Source of the DNA: a virus
Lineage: Duplodnaviria > Heunggongvirae > Uroviricota > Caudoviricetes
Length of the DNA: 64,000 bases
IMG/VR virus record: IMGVR_UViG_3300045988_151230
Direction: 5' to 3' (one strand)
Position numbers and translations under genes: made by a program. Shown here piece by piece: positions 18,791 through 29,511 of this stretch (position 1 is the first letter of the stretch; every line of letters begins with the position of its first letter). The notes below the pieces were generated by a model. The model made no database searches, was not told the DNA's origin, and saw nothing but the letters and a program-made list of their open reading frames with translations.

Positions 18791-19933
18791 TTACAGGTCT
18801 GCAAACTGGCTTAGAGAAGCCTTATCCACGGTAGAATCGATCTGACCTACCAGATATGTGCTCTGCTCTGCCTCTTGTGGTGCAATTTGCAGTGTGTCGG
18901 TTAACAACCACTTGTTCATCCAGACCAGCGGATCAGTGGTAACTTCTGGAAATAAAGCCTTCAGGCCAAGACGATTCATAGCCAGATTGGTGCGGTATTT
19001 TACATAGGTTTTGAGAATATCCGCGTTTAAACCAATCATCGAACCGTCTTTGAAGAGATAGTCGGCCCAGTTCATTTCTTGTTCGGCGACTGATTTCATG
19101 GTGTCGTAAATGACGTTTTCTTCATCAGCAGCAATCTCTTTCCACAATAAACCTTCGCGACCGGTACGCATGAAGCGGATCATGCGTTCAGTTCCTTCGC
19201 AATGCAGAGCTTCATCACGGGCAATAAAGCGCATAATTTTGGTGTTACCCTCAAGCAACTTCCGTTCACCAAAGGCAAACGTACATGCAAAACTTACGTA
19301 GAAACGGATCGCCTCAAGCGCATTAATGGACACCAACGTGCGGAAAAGCTGACGATGCAAAGGGTATGGCTCCCAGCCATATTCATTTACGTACAGACGC
19401 TCAAATTCCTTCTCACCTAACGACTGGCGCTCGCAGGTCATCCCATAAAGCCTGTCATATTCAGCAGAGATACTGATCGCTCGGTTGATGATTTCTTCAT
19501 CCGTAACAATACCGTCAAAAACAATGCTCGGATCGTCCACCATGCCACGAATAATGTGGGTGTAGCTGCGGCTATGGATAGTCTCAGAGAAAGACCATGT
19601 TTCAACCCACGTTTCCAGTTCAGGAATAGAGATAAGCGGCAGCAGCGTTGCATTTGGGCTACGTCCCTGAACTGAATCGAGTAACGTTTGATAACGGAGA
19701 TTGCTCAGAAAAATGTGACGTTCGTGGTCCCGCAGCTTCGTGTTGAAGTCGATACGATCGCTCGAAATATCAACTTCTTCCGGCCGCCAGAAGAAAGACA
19801 ATTGACGTTCAATCAACTTTTCAAAATCACGGTATTTTTGCTGATCGTAACGTGCCACGTTGACAGATTGTCCGAGGAACATAGGCTCTTTGGTTGCATC
19901 ATTAGCACCCAAACGGAACGTTGAATATGACAT
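18791..19933 (-). CDS. nrdB: ribonucleotide reductase class Ia beta subunit
   Basis: Collinear with E. coli NrdB ([30 protein letters not shown]-terminal SQFADL). Confidence 0.9.
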   Translation of the reverse strand: MSYSTFRLGANDATKEPMFLGQSVNVARYDQQKYRDFEKLIERQLSFFWRPEEVDISSDRIDFNTKLRDHERHIFLSNLRYQTLLDSVQGRSPNATLLPLISIPELETWVETWSFSETIHSRSYTHIIRGMVDDPSIVFDGIVTDEEIINRAISISAEYDRLYGMTCERQSLGEKEFERLYVNEYGWEPYPLHRQLFRTLVSINALEAIRFYVSFACTFAFGERKLLEGNTKIMRFIARDEALHCEGTERMIRFMRTGREGLLWKEIAADEENVIYDTMKSVAEQEMNWADYLFKDGSMIGLNADILKTYVKYRTNLAMNRLGLKALFPEVTTDPLVWMNKWLLTDTLQIAPQEAEQSTYLVGQIDSTVDKASLSQFADL

Positions 19934-19962
19934 GTGTTTTTCCTTTTTCTTTTTTGTTGCGT

Positions 19963-19998
19963 TTAAACAAGTTGTTATCTTATGTGTTTAAACAAGGC
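19963..19998. promoter_or_regulatory. recurring motif TTAAACAAGTTGTTATCTTA plus a second half-site GTTTAAACAAGG upstream of nrdB
   Basis: Lies between the nrdB start and the IS left end. Confidence 0.45.
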
Positions 19999-20018
19999 TT
20001 ACAAATCAAAGAGAAGGT

Positions 20019-21338
20019 GGGGATATCCCCTGAGGGATCCCCAGAAAATTTAGTAAACCATTATCATATTGGTATACCGTTGCTGTAGAACTTTCAGCCC
20101 TGCGTCAAGTGACAGTGTGTTTAGTATGAGTGGAGAATGTCGAATCACATTCTCCGCCAGTTTTAATAACGAGATGACTCGCCTGTGCTTCACTGTATTT
20201 GCCTGATATTTATGATGTATCCCTTTGTTTTCCAGGCTGAAACCGCTTAACCACATAATGATACTGGCTAATGTTGCGATCAGACTCAATACCGTGACCC
20301 GCCCGGATGAATGACTGGCACCAAACCGTAGTCCAAATCCCCAGCGAGGATTTTTTTCATCCCTGAAATTTTGCTCAATTTGCATTCTACGGCTGTATAA
20401 TTTCATTACCTGTTTTGGCGAGAACTCAGTACTGTTTGTGAAAATAAACCATGGTGATTTCCCGGCAGTACGAGCTTTAGCCGTCACCGATGGTCTGGTT
20501 GCTCTTTCCTTCGAGCGTTTAAATCTACGACCTTTAGGCTTACTTTTATAAAGATAAAAATGCCCTTCATGTTGTGCATTTTTATCTCGACCCAGCAGGC
20601 CTTCACCTAAATAAATTGCTGTCGTTGATGCTTTTGTGCCTGAGTCCGACACCTTTTCCCAGCCATTACCAACATTGTAATAATGATTGCCCAGTACCCG
20701 GCAAATATAGGTCCAGCCACGGGAGCGGAGCTGTTGGAACCATCGCCCCTGAAAACCGGCATCTGTAATAACAATGACATCAGTCCCGGGGGAAAAGCAC
20801 TCAGCAAGCGATTCCAGAAAACGCTCATGTACATCTGCATTCGCTGTCTGTGATGATGGAACGACACAACTCATCAACGGTAAAGAACGCCCGTCACATG
20901 CCAGGCTTGCCCGCAAAAGCTGAAAACGAGAGGCATGATAAGCACTCCAGTCAATGAGTATCACAACACGAGACATTCCCCGCGTAATCTTTTGGGTAAT
21001 TCGCTGAAAAATGGTGGAAACCTCATTTTGCAAATGTCGATTCCCCAACAGTCGATCCACCCGCTTTATTTTGTTTTTAACTGATGCCGTACCGGTTAAA
21101 TGACGCCCGATACTGGTAAGTGTGAGGGAAGCGCCATTTATTACAGCATTAGTTGCGTCAATCAGTGATTTTTGACGGTAAAGATGCAAAGGGGCCAGTA
21201 TGTTGTTAAGGAAATTTTGGCATAATGAACGTGCAGGCATAGTGGTGATCTCCTTGAAATTGTTAGCACAATCAATTAGATCACATCTCACTATGCCTGT
21301 CTTGTTTTCTGGGGATTCCTCAGGGGATATCCCCCACC
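20019..21338. mobile_element. IS4-family (IS10-like) insertion sequence, about 1.3 kb; exact ends ambiguous
   Basis: Terminal inverted repeats (C)TGAGGGATCCCCAGAAAA and TTTTCTGGGGATTCCTCA(G); both junctions carry GGGGATATCCCC. Confidence 0.7.
20050..21240 (-). CDS. IS4-family DDE transposase
   Basis: KRVDRLLGNRHLQ and YSRRMQIEQNFRDEK (Y-2-R-3-E-6-K) signature close to IS10 transposase; start taken at MPARSL inside the IS. Confidence 0.8.
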   Translation of the reverse strand: MPARSLCQNFLNNILAPLHLYRQKSLIDATNAVINGASLTLTSIGRHLTGTASVKNKIKRVDRLLGNRHLQNEVSTIFQRITQKITRGMSRVVILIDWSAYHASRFQLLRASLACDGRSLPLMSCVVPSSQTANADVHERFLESLAECFSPGTDVIVITDAGFQGRWFQQLRSRGWTYICRVLGNHYYNVGNGWEKVSDSGTKASTTAIYLGEGLLGRDKNAQHEGHFYLYKSKPKGRRFKRSKERATRPSVTAKARTAGKSPWFIFTNSTEFSPKQVMKLYSRRMQIEQNFRDEKNPRWGFGLRFGASHSSGRVTVLSLIATLASIIMWLSGFSLENKGIHHKYQANTVKHRRVISLLKLAENVIRHSPLILNTLSLDAGLKVLQQRYTNMIMVY

Positions 21339-21343
21339 ATATG

Positions 21344-23659
21344 TCAGATTTTGCAGGCTCCGTCGCACTCATCTTCTGGCTCGACGGCTACAGCTTGCGC
21401 CAGTGGATTCTGCGGTTCGTCGTCATCACGCTTTCCTGCACCATCTCTGGTGTTGTGGTAGTAAAGCGTTTTAACTCCCATCTTGTAGGCGAGAAGCAAA
21501 TCTGACAGTAGCGTCATCATTGGGACTTTATCGCCTTCAAAGCGAGAAGGGTCATAGTTGGTATTGGCTGAAATAGCCTGGTCAAAGAACTTCTGGATGA
21601 TCGCCACCTTTGTCAGATAGCCGCGGTTGTCCGGCATATCCCACAGGTATTCATACTGTTCCTTCAGTTTTTCAAACTCAGGCACGACCATCTTAACGAT
21701 GCCGTCCTTAGAAGATTTCACCGACACCGGGCCACGAGGCGGTTCGATGCCGTTGGTGGAATTAGTGATCTGGCTGGAAGTCTCGCATGGCATTTGTGCC
21801 GTCAGTGTGGAGTTGCGAAGGCCGTATTTTGCAATACGTTCACGCAGTTCTTCCCACGGCATCTTTAACTCAAAGTTGGTTTCGCCACTTTCGTCTAATG
21901 AAGAACGGTAATGGTCGATCGGCAACTGACCAATTGCGTACTTGGTCTGCTCAAACCAGTCACACTCACCTTTTGCTTCAGCAAGTCGGCAGCTGGCATC
22001 AAGAAGGTAATACTGGATAGCTTCGAATGTTTCATGCACCAGTTTATTGCCAGCGGTATCAGAATAACGAACGCCATTCTTTGCCAGGTAATAAGCAAAG
22101 TTGGTTACACCAATTCCCAAGCTACGACGAGCTTTGGCAGGCACTTCGGCTGCCTCCATCGGATAGTCTTGATAATCCAGTAACGAATCCAGTGCAGCAA
22201 CGGCATAGAACGCCACCTCTTTAAGAGACTCCAGTGAACGGATGGCTCCGAGGTTAAAAGCGGATAAAGTGCATAGCGCGATCTCACCGTTCGGGTCGTC
22301 GGTAAATGCCAGTGGACGGGTGGGTAGGGTGATCTCCATACACAGGTTTGACTGGCGGACAGGTGCAAGAGCAGGAATGAAAGCGCCATGCTCATTAATA
22401 TGATCGACGTTCGCAATATAAATTCGGCCCGTGGACGCTCGTTCCTGCATCAGAGATGAGAACAGCTCAATGGCAGGTACTGACTTCTTGCGAATTGAAT
22501 CATCGGCTTCGTATTTATGGTACAGCTTTTCAAACAGCTCCTGGTCTGTGAAGAAGGCTTCGTACATATCAGGCACATCATGCGGGCTGAACAGAGTGAT
22601 GTTCTCGCTTCTGACGAGTCGACGGTACATTAGACGGTTACTCATGACGCCGTAATCAAGATGGCGAACGCGGTTTTCATCAATACCACGGTTATTTTTC
22701 ACCACCAGCAGACTTTCAACTTCAAGATGCCAGATCGGGTAAAACGCTGTTGCTGCGCCACCACGAACACCACCTTGCGAACAAGATTTAACAGCCGTCT
22801 GGAAATGCTTCAGGAATGGAATAACTCCGGTATGGGTGGCTTCACCATTGCGGATCTCGCTGCCCAGCGCACGGATACGGCCAAAACCAATACCAATTCC
22901 AGCACGACGTGAAACGTAGTCGATAATTGCGGCTGAAGCTGCACTAATCCCTTTCAGACTATCGCCAGACTCAATCAGCACACAACTGGAGAACTGACGG
23001 GTTGGAGTACGGACGCCGGCCATGATTGGTGTGGGCAGAGACAGTTTGAACGTACTTGTAACGTCATAGAAACCTTTGACCATCTCCATACGTGTTTTGC
23101 CAGCGCAGTCGTCTTCCCAATTCTGGAACAGACACATGCCTACCAGCATATAGATATGTTGCGGCCCCTCATGAATCTCACCAGTAACACGGTTTTGAAC
23201 GAGGTATTTGCTTTGCAACTGCACCGTAGCTGCATAGCCAAAAAGATCGTCACGTTTCGGCTTAATGTAATTGCCGAGTTCTTCGATCTCTTCAAACGAA
23301 TAATGTGTCAGCAAATCCTTGTCATAAACGCCCTTGTTAACGTTCTTGACAATGTGTTGGTAGAAGTTCGGATAGTCGTAACGACCGAAGGCATCTTTGC
23401 GGATTTTAAAAATGTTCAGGCGGGCAGCCACCTGTGAGTAATTTGGTGCTTCTGGTGAGATCAAATCAGCGGCAGATTTAACCAAAGCCTCATGCAACTG
23501 GCTGGTGGTCATCCCATCAAAAATGCTGGCCGCAGCTCCCATTGCTACAGCGGATGCGCTTACACCACGAATGCCTTCTACGCCATACATTACGACGCGG
23601 TTGTATTTTTCTTCGGATAACGGCTCTGTTTGGCCGTTACGTTTTACGATGCTTATCAT
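21344..23659 (-). CDS. nrdA: ribonucleotide reductase class Ia alpha subunit
   Basis: 771 aa, collinear with E. coli NrdA including the C-terminal redox tail ending CDGACKI. Confidence 0.9.
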   Translation of the reverse strand: MISIVKRNGQTEPLSEEKYNRVVMYGVEGIRGVSASAVAMGAAASIFDGMTTSQLHEALVKSAADLISPEAPNYSQVAARLNIFKIRKDAFGRYDYPNFYQHIVKNVNKGVYDKDLLTHYSFEEIEELGNYIKPKRDDLFGYAATVQLQSKYLVQNRVTGEIHEGPQHIYMLVGMCLFQNWEDDCAGKTRMEMVKGFYDVTSTFKLSLPTPIMAGVRTPTRQFSSCVLIESGDSLKGISAASAAIIDYVSRRAGIGIGFGRIRALGSEIRNGEATHTGVIPFLKHFQTAVKSCSQGGVRGGAATAFYPIWHLEVESLLVVKNNRGIDENRVRHLDYGVMSNRLMYRRLVRSENITLFSPHDVPDMYEAFFTDQELFEKLYHKYEADDSIRKKSVPAIELFSSLMQERASTGRIYIANVDHINEHGAFIPALAPVRQSNLCMEITLPTRPLAFTDDPNGEIALCTLSAFNLGAIRSLESLKEVAFYAVAALDSLLDYQDYPMEAAEVPAKARRSLGIGVTNFAYYLAKNGVRYSDTAGNKLVHETFEAIQYYLLDASCRLAEAKGECDWFEQTKYAIGQLPIDHYRSSLDESGETNFELKMPWEELRERIAKYGLRNSTLTAQMPCETSSQITNSTNGIEPPRGPVSVKSSKDGIVKMVVPEFEKLKEQYEYLWDMPDNRGYLTKVAIIQKFFDQAISANTNYDPSRFEGDKVPMMTLLSDLLLAYKMGVKTLYYHNTRDGAGKRDDDEPQNPLAQAVAVEPEDECDGACKI

Positions 23660-23732
23660 GTATCACCAAATAAAGTGGGCCACTTAATATAGTGGCCCAT
23701 GTTAATAGATAAGCACTTACCTATCAATGAAA

Positions 23733-24302
23733 TCAAATGAGAGACTTAAGAACATCGCGCACCTGGCGGAACTGATCTGTTTGCATACCGGTATGGATGG
23801 CAGCCACCGCATCAGCCAAATGTTCGTTTTTGTTCACGAGAACATCCTGTCCAGATTGCTTACGACGCAGCCACGGTGCTTTAGGGTGTTTTTTCGTAGC
23901 CCACTGGATAATCTCTTCTTTCGATGTAGTAAGTTTATTGCCGACAAAATGCTTGATTTCGTTTGGAGTAACCTGGATCAATGGCTTATCCACACACGCA
24001 AGTACACCGATACAAATACCGTAAGACGTCTGCGAACGAGAGTTTTGGCTCCCAACCGGTAGCTCACAAAAAACCATATTTGCCTTATCAATGATTGGCT
24101 TCGCAACACGCCATATTTCACTGGCTCGGCGCAGATCGTCACTGTTCACACGAACGGTCTTTTTGTTACTCCCCGCTTTAGTCTCAACAAGAGTAAGGCC
24201 GTGAATCTCAAGTTCGTCCGTCTCAAGGTCCAAAGTGCCCACAGCAAGCCCAAAGTTGCTCATTGAGGGATCAACACCAACTACGCTGATTTTTTTACTC
24301 AT
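23733..24302 (-). CDS. RuvC-like Holliday junction resolvase
   Basis: VVGVDPS, CELPVG and ADAVAAIHTG motifs. Confidence 0.65.
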   Translation of the reverse strand: MSKKISVVGVDPSMSNFGLAVGTLDLETDELEIHGLTLVETKAGSNKKTVRVNSDDLRRASEIWRVAKPIIDKANMVFCELPVGSQNSRSQTSYGICIGVLACVDKPLIQVTPNEIKHFVGNKLTTSKEEIIQWATKKHPKAPWLRRKQSGQDVLVNKNEHLADAVAAIHTGMQTDQFRQVRDVLKSLI

Positions 24303-24311
24303 ATAGTCTCC

Positions 24312-25070
24312 TTACCATGTTCCCCATATAGGGTTTTCCAATAATCTCGCCTCCAACGAATTGGCTACTATTGCCGTTTGCAACGTTGGTTGGGGATAGT
24401 TTGCAAAGTCTGAATACTCATTTTCCTGCGTGACACGTTTATCTGCGGCATGTTTATCTGCGGTATGTTTAACACCACTTGCTATGAAATGACGCATGAT
24501 GCCCAACAGCCTCCGACTGTCTGCACTATCGTTTGCTAAAACATGAGGGAGCTGAAGTTCGATTTCTACCATTTCTCCATACTTACCAACAAACTGTAGT
24601 TTGTCCGCACTGTACTTTTTATCCCTCCTTTGGATAAGGAAACCAGTAAAAGCATCACCTGGCGATGCCAAACTATCCACCCGCTTATTGGCAAGTCGAA
24701 TAAGGTTCGTGAAAGCCATACAGTGATGCGCACCCATTCCCCCAAAGAACCCTTCGCTATTAATGTTAAGATCTTCAGTTTCATGGGATGCAATAAACCC
24801 AGGCCCGACGTTGGGAAGATATCCCCCCTCAACAAAAGGATTAATCAGGATCGGCGCAATACATCCAGGTGGTAGTGATTTCAAACTTTGCATCAATGGC
24901 GTCTCGGATATTAGACCAAGCAACGCGGCGAATTGTACTCCGTCAATATTGTTGCTGCCCCACAGAATACGTGGAGCCGCACCATTGGAAGTATGCCCAT
25001 TGATCAGTTTTATCGACTGCATCACTGCAAATACCTGCAAAAACTGCGAGCGGCTTAATTTAAACGACAT
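24312..25070 (-). CDS. hypothetical protein
   Basis: 252-aa ORF between the resolvase and SbcC-like genes. Confidence 0.45.
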   Translation of the reverse strand: MSFKLSRSQFLQVFAVMQSIKLINGHTSNGAAPRILWGSNNIDGVQFAALLGLISETPLMQSLKSLPPGCIAPILINPFVEGGYLPNVGPGFIASHETEDLNINSEGFFGGMGAHHCMAFTNLIRLANKRVDSLASPGDAFTGFLIQRRDKKYSADKLQFVGKYGEMVEIELQLPHVLANDSADSRRLLGIMRHFIASGVKHTADKHAADKRVTQENEYSDFANYPQPTLQTAIVANSLEARLLENPIWGTW

Positions 25071-26976
25071 AGCTGCGCCCCTCTTTAACTTCCAGCGTAA
25101 TAGTTTCCCGGAACCATGACTTCATCTCTTTATGGGAAATAATCAGCACAGTACCTCGCTCGCGAGCTTTGGACTCCAGAATACCCATGAGGCGTTCAAG
25201 ACCGGCTGTATCGAGTGCATCGTCAATTTCGTCGCCGATAAACAAATCGATGTTTTTACTCGCCCGGTTACTAACCAGATCCTGCAATGCCAAAGAACAC
25301 GCAATGCGAACCTTCCGCTTCTCACCACCAGAGAGGGTCTGGAACGACTTACTTGAACCTTTCTTCTGCACACTAATGTTGAATTTGTCGCGATACTCAC
25401 CTTTTTTAGTGACATCCATCGTCGACCACTCAGCAGTAATATTCCCGTCAGACAACGTATTGAGATACTCGGCAGTGCGTGTATTCAGGAAAGGCGTAAC
25501 AGACGTCAAAATATGAGAACGCACCCCGGCAGGAGAGTAGACCTGACGAGCTTTTTCCAATAGCAACGTTTGTTCCTGAATAGCCTTCAACTCATCTTTT
25601 AAGGACTTGAAGGTAGACTTACTGGATACCAGGTTATCTTCGTGTCTGGCGATAAGAGCAATAAACGGATTAATCTCTTTTGATATACGATCGACCTCAG
25701 TACGAGCACGAGTCACAAGAGACTCAATAGCAACAACCTCCTTCTCACGATGACGCAAAGATGAGAGTTGTTTCGTAAGCTCTTCAATCCGGGCAATGAT
25801 AGCCGTTACATCAGGTGTCGTTTTAACAAGGGCAGACTCAATGCTTAACGCTTTCTCAAGATTCGTTTTGTGTTTAGCCATTGCCTCTGCAAGTGTCTTC
25901 GCCTGACCAATTTCCTGACGTGCTTGTTCAATGAAATTCTCCTTCACCGTTGATAGATCTTCTTCGCAGTAGGCTTTGCCACAAGTAGGGCATGGTGATC
26001 CCACTTTAGTACCAACCTCTTCTGCTTTGGTCTTAAAATTACGCGCGCGGTTCATTGCATCAGCCTGACTATTTTCTGTAGCTTTGATGCTTGCCCGAAT
26101 ATCAGTTATCGCACCACGAACTTTGAGCAACTTGGCGTCATGTTCTTCTTTTGAGGCTAACTTTTTGCGCTCACTTTCGATTGCCTTCTCGGTATCACGG
26201 ATCTGTTCGGGAAGAGTGCGGATCTCAAGTTCAACTTCCGTTAACTCAACTTCGGCACTGGCCAGCCCAGCCAGGGCATCGTCATAACGTTTAGAACGCT
26301 CTTGCTCCCATGATTCAGAGGAGGCTTTCGCTGACTCAATTTCTGACTGTGTTGCCTCAATGGTCGAGATTGTCGACTCCAATTTGGTTTTAACCACATC
26401 CATACGTGCGGCAGCTGCATTAGCTCGCTCACGAGCAATAGCGTAGGCGCGTGTCAGTCTGTCAACGCCAGCGGCTTCTTCTACGATGGTTTTGAGGTTT
26501 TTGTCGGACATTCCAGGTAAATCTGGCATAGCTTCTTGGCTCGCATAGATGGAAGCCATGAAAACCTCTTTAGATGCACCGATCAGACGCTCGACGAACT
26601 CTTGCGTCAGCGCATCTTTGCCTTTCGTCATATCGCCGTCTTCACCACGAACGATAAGCCGATTTTTGAACTCTTTGTGTTTACGGTGACGAATGATCGC
26701 ATATCTCTTGCCTTCATCCTCGATGGTTACTGCAACACGACAGTTCTTTTCATGGTCGGTAGACAACACATCGTCACCCTTCACACCATGAGCTGTTTCG
26801 CCATAAAGACACCACATCAGGCTATTCATTAGCGTTGACTTTCCAGAGCCATTACTTGATGCGGAACTATCATCACTATTAACACCCTGAATGAGCACTA
26901 AACCACGCTGATCTAACTCGACCTCCGCGCTGGCGATAGCCATAAAATTCTCAACCTGGAGCTTTAAAAACTTCAT
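25060..26976 (-). CDS. sbcC: SbcC/Rad50-like ATPase
   Basis: N-terminal Walker A GSGKST, long coiled coil with CPTCGK hook, C-terminal LSGGEKRK signature and DEIDD Walker B. Confidence 0.8.
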   Translation of the reverse strand: MKFLKLQVENFMAIASAEVELDQRGLVLIQGVNSDDSSASSNGSGKSTLMNSLMWCLYGETAHGVKGDDVLSTDHEKNCRVAVTIEDEGKRYAIIRHRKHKEFKNRLIVRGEDGDMTKGKDALTQEFVERLIGASKEVFMASIYASQEAMPDLPGMSDKNLKTIVEEAAGVDRLTRAYAIARERANAAAARMDVVKTKLESTISTIEATQSEIESAKASSESWEQERSKRYDDALAGLASAEVELTEVELEIRTLPEQIRDTEKAIESERKKLASKEEHDAKLLKVRGAITDIRASIKATENSQADAMNRARNFKTKAEEVGTKVGSPCPTCGKAYCEEDLSTVKENFIEQARQEIGQAKTLAEAMAKHKTNLEKALSIESALVKTTPDVTAIIARIEELTKQLSSLRHREKEVVAIESLVTRARTEVDRISKEINPFIALIARHEDNLVSSKSTFKSLKDELKAIQEQTLLLEKARQVYSPAGVRSHILTSVTPFLNTRTAEYLNTLSDGNITAEWSTMDVTKKGEYRDKFNISVQKKGSSKSFQTLSGGEKRKVRIACSLALQDLVSNRASKNIDLFIGDEIDDALDTAGLERLMGILESKARERGTVLIISHKEMKSWFRETITLEVKEGRSYVV

Positions 26977-27205
26977 ATAACACCTTTGATACCGTGTGTT
27001 AGCTTTTGACCTTCTTTCAATCTGAACTCCGTATGCGCCGGGAAGGATCTGCGCCTCAATACGCCTTTTCTGGTTAACCTTCCAAGATAAAACGCTACGG
27101 GATTTCCTTGTGGCGGGTAGGGCTTGTGAAACATCACCGTCTGGCCTCGTTCAAGTCTTTTCATCGTGATGGCAAAGTCTCGAAAGCTCCCATAACGACT
27201 TTGCC

Positions 27206-28291
27206 TCACACAGCCTCCGAACTCTCCGCTTCGGTGAGGATTTCCTGACACAAAATATCCAACTTGCTCAGATCAAATCCGCCGTCAGTATCGTGGACAA
27301 TCTTGCAATAAGCAGATACCGACTCTCCCAGGCTATCGATTTTGCTGGTTTCCGTTGTGCTTGCTGTCCCTTCCATCATTGATGACTTACGGATGAAGTT
27401 GCACACGACACCTTTTGCACCCATTGTTTTGAGGATGTTCTGGTACTTAATGCCTTCTTCATCGTTCTCAATTACGGCACGGAAACGCACGTAGTTGCCG
27501 CGAATTTGGTCATCGGCAACATAATCTTCCAGGTTAATGAATTTAGGCGCACTGGTTTCGTAGTGACTGAAACTGCCGTCCGGGTTTACGATCATGTAAC
27601 CAGCCAGAGATCCAACATCTCCCCAATTTTGATGGGTCAGCGCACCGACACTGATAACTCCAGGAATGACCTCTTTGTGGTTGTGGTAATGCCCACTAAG
27701 CACGAGACGAAAGCCGATATCCTTTAACTCCTGCGCATCGATACCGACGTCAGGCATTGTTGGAATGGCTTTGTTAATGGATGTATGGATAACAACGTCA
27801 TGATTATCACCTTCTACGCTCTTACGTAATGCTTTCAGATCGCTGATAAGCTCCGCATGATTGTTACGCCAGCTAATCAGGTGGACAGTCACATCACCAA
27901 TTTTTATTGAGTGTGGGCGTTTGCCACATACGATTACCACGCCGATAGAACTCAGCGATGCTGCTGCGTTGGCGCTATATACTGAATCGTTGGTTTCAAG
28001 ATCGTGATTACCGGCCAGCATTACTACTGTCAGATCAAGCTCGTTGATAATCCACTTGTACGTTTCAGTTACGTAATGCAAAACAGAAGGGGACACAGTT
28101 CCTCGGACGTGAAATGTATCACCGGCAACCAACATGTACTTACAACCGGCCTTCTTCATGGCGATGGCTGCTTCTTTCGTTGCTTCCAACTGTATTTCAA
28201 GTCTGGAGTTAAGCCCCTCTGCGTTCGTCGTGGAGAACGCATCCCATTTGTGGTAGTGGCAGTCAGAAATGACGCCGTATGGCAAAGTCAT
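27206..28291 (-). CDS. sbcD: SbcD/Mre11-like nuclease
   Basis: Calcineurin-like motifs SDCHY, GDTFH, GNHD, SGHYH. Confidence 0.85.
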   Translation of the reverse strand: MTLPYGVISDCHYHKWDAFSTTNAEGLNSRLEIQLEATKEAAIAMKKAGCKYMLVAGDTFHVRGTVSPSVLHYVTETYKWIINELDLTVVMLAGNHDLETNDSVYSANAAASLSSIGVVIVCGKRPHSIKIGDVTVHLISWRNNHAELISDLKALRKSVEGDNHDVVIHTSINKAIPTMPDVGIDAQELKDIGFRLVLSGHYHNHKEVIPGVISVGALTHQNWGDVGSLAGYMIVNPDGSFSHYETSAPKFINLEDYVADDQIRGNYVRFRAVIENDEEGIKYQNILKTMGAKGVVCNFIRKSSMMEGTASTTETSKIDSLGESVSAYCKIVHDTDGGFDLSKLDILCQEILTEAESSEAV

Positions 28292-28403
28292 GTGTTTTTC
28301 CTTTGTGGTTATTTTGATACAAATTTTAAGAGCAATGAGAAGGTAAACAACTATGCATAACGGTATGTTAGGAATGAAACGAGCGTCTTAATATACAAAA
28401 TTT

Positions 28404-28423
28404 ATAAGTAAGTATATACCTAT
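28404..28423. repeat. AT-rich palindrome TAAGTAAGTATATACCTAT
   Basis: Near-identical to 12851-12869. Confidence 0.45.
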
Positions 28424-28545
28424 TTATTGTGGCGCAACTTTGCTTGTCTGTATGACTAAAAATAAGACAGGATCACTGTAGAACGCTATGAGAGCTATTT
28501 TGAGGAGGCGTAGATTCTATCTACGCCAATATACGATCTGGAGGG

Positions 28546-29190
28546 TTACAGCGCGTCAGTGGGCTTTTTACGCGCTGCGTTTATGCTTATGACGCCAGCT
28601 TTTGGACGTGGGTCAACAAGGTTAAGCTCTTCTTCGCTGTGGTATTCGAGGTCGAACTCACGTTTTACATGTCTGATGTAGATTGCGGTGAGCAGGCTAT
28701 CTTTGGTCAGAAAGTGTCCGTAGGATTTGCGGATCACTTCTTCTACCTTCTCGATTTTCTCACCACCCATACAGAGATGATTAAACCGGCTGTGTTTCCG
28801 CAACATTTCGTCTACTGGGCCTGAGTAAACCTTGTCTACTTTCCCAAAACGGATGATTTTCCCTGTGTCTGCGGATACGAGGCAAATCAGCTTGTCTGGT
28901 GATAAACGATCTCGCCACGTCACACCTGAACGGAGTGTGTTGAAGTAGGGAGCATCCAATCCGATGATCGGTTTACGAAATGCGAGTAATGGAACGTACC
29001 TGATGCAACTGTTTAAATGAAAATTCACACCAGCCTTATCAAGTTTAATTCTGGTTTCGTAGATCGGGCACTTCGCCGCTATACCGCAGATGTCACAAAG
29101 CAACTTCTGCTTATTCAGGTTGGAATTTGATTCGATAGTGTAGGAGCCGTCTTCAAGACGACGAACCCAGCGCGTGCGTTTTAGATCCAT
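28546..29190 (-). CDS. hypothetical protein
   Basis: 214-aa ORF next to the replicon origin region. Confidence 0.45.
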   Translation of the reverse strand: MDLKRTRWVRRLEDGSYTIESNSNLNKQKLLCDICGIAAKCPIYETRIKLDKAGVNFHLNSCIRYVPLLAFRKPIIGLDAPYFNTLRSGVTWRDRLSPDKLICLVSADTGKIIRFGKVDKVYSGPVDEMLRKHSRFNHLCMGGEKIEKVEEVIRKSYGHFLTKDSLLTAIYIRHVKREFDLEYHSEEELNLVDPRPKAGVISINAARKKPTDAL

Positions 29191-29268
29191 ATGTCATTTT
29201 TCTGTGATTGTTAGCCGAGGCAACGATAACCCACCAGGTGCGCCGAAGGTAGTAAATGCCTGTTTTAA

Positions 29269-29285
29269 TTATTCACATATCCACA
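29269..29285. promoter_or_regulatory. tandem DnaA boxes TTATTCACA and ATATCCACA
   Basis: 9/9 and 8/9 matches to TTATNCACA at the outer edge of the repA origin region. Confidence 0.5.
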
Positions 29286-29290
29286 GGATA

Positions 29291-29349
29291 GATCCTAATA
29301 AAGAGATCCATAGATAGATCCTTATATAGATCAAATAAGATCCCCGATC
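29291..29349. promoter_or_regulatory. cluster of six GATC sites in 59 bp
   Basis: GATC at 29291, 29305, 29317, 29329, 29339, 29346, between DnaA boxes and iterons. Confidence 0.5.
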
Positions 29350-29390
29350 GCTGTAAGCCGCGCCACGACTGGTCTGAAGTCATGTTCATG

Positions 29391-29491
29391 TATGCTGTCA
29401 GCGGTAATTGATAGTCTGTCAGCGGTTCACCGTATGCTGCCAACTGTTTTTGGTATTCTGTCAGCGGCAAATCAAGTATGCTGTCAGCGGT
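29391..29491. repeat. iteron array upstream of repA (five copies of about 15 bp, consensus TATGCTGTCAGCGGT)
   Basis: Copies at 29391, 29412, 29432 (degenerate), 29454, 29476. Confidence 0.75.
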
Positions 29492-29511
29492 TGAATGACA
29501 AAGGTGTCCAC

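Noticed and set aside
21241-21372. N-terminal 44 aa of the track transposase ORF
   Set aside because: This part runs through the IS terminal inverted repeat and into nrdA; similarity to IS10 transposase begins at MPARSL.
29392-29511. Extended RepA N-terminus (track start at 29392)
   Set aside because: The extension is translated from the upstream iteron array; the start at 29512 (MSTKNKK) follows the iterons and has a purine-rich RBS.
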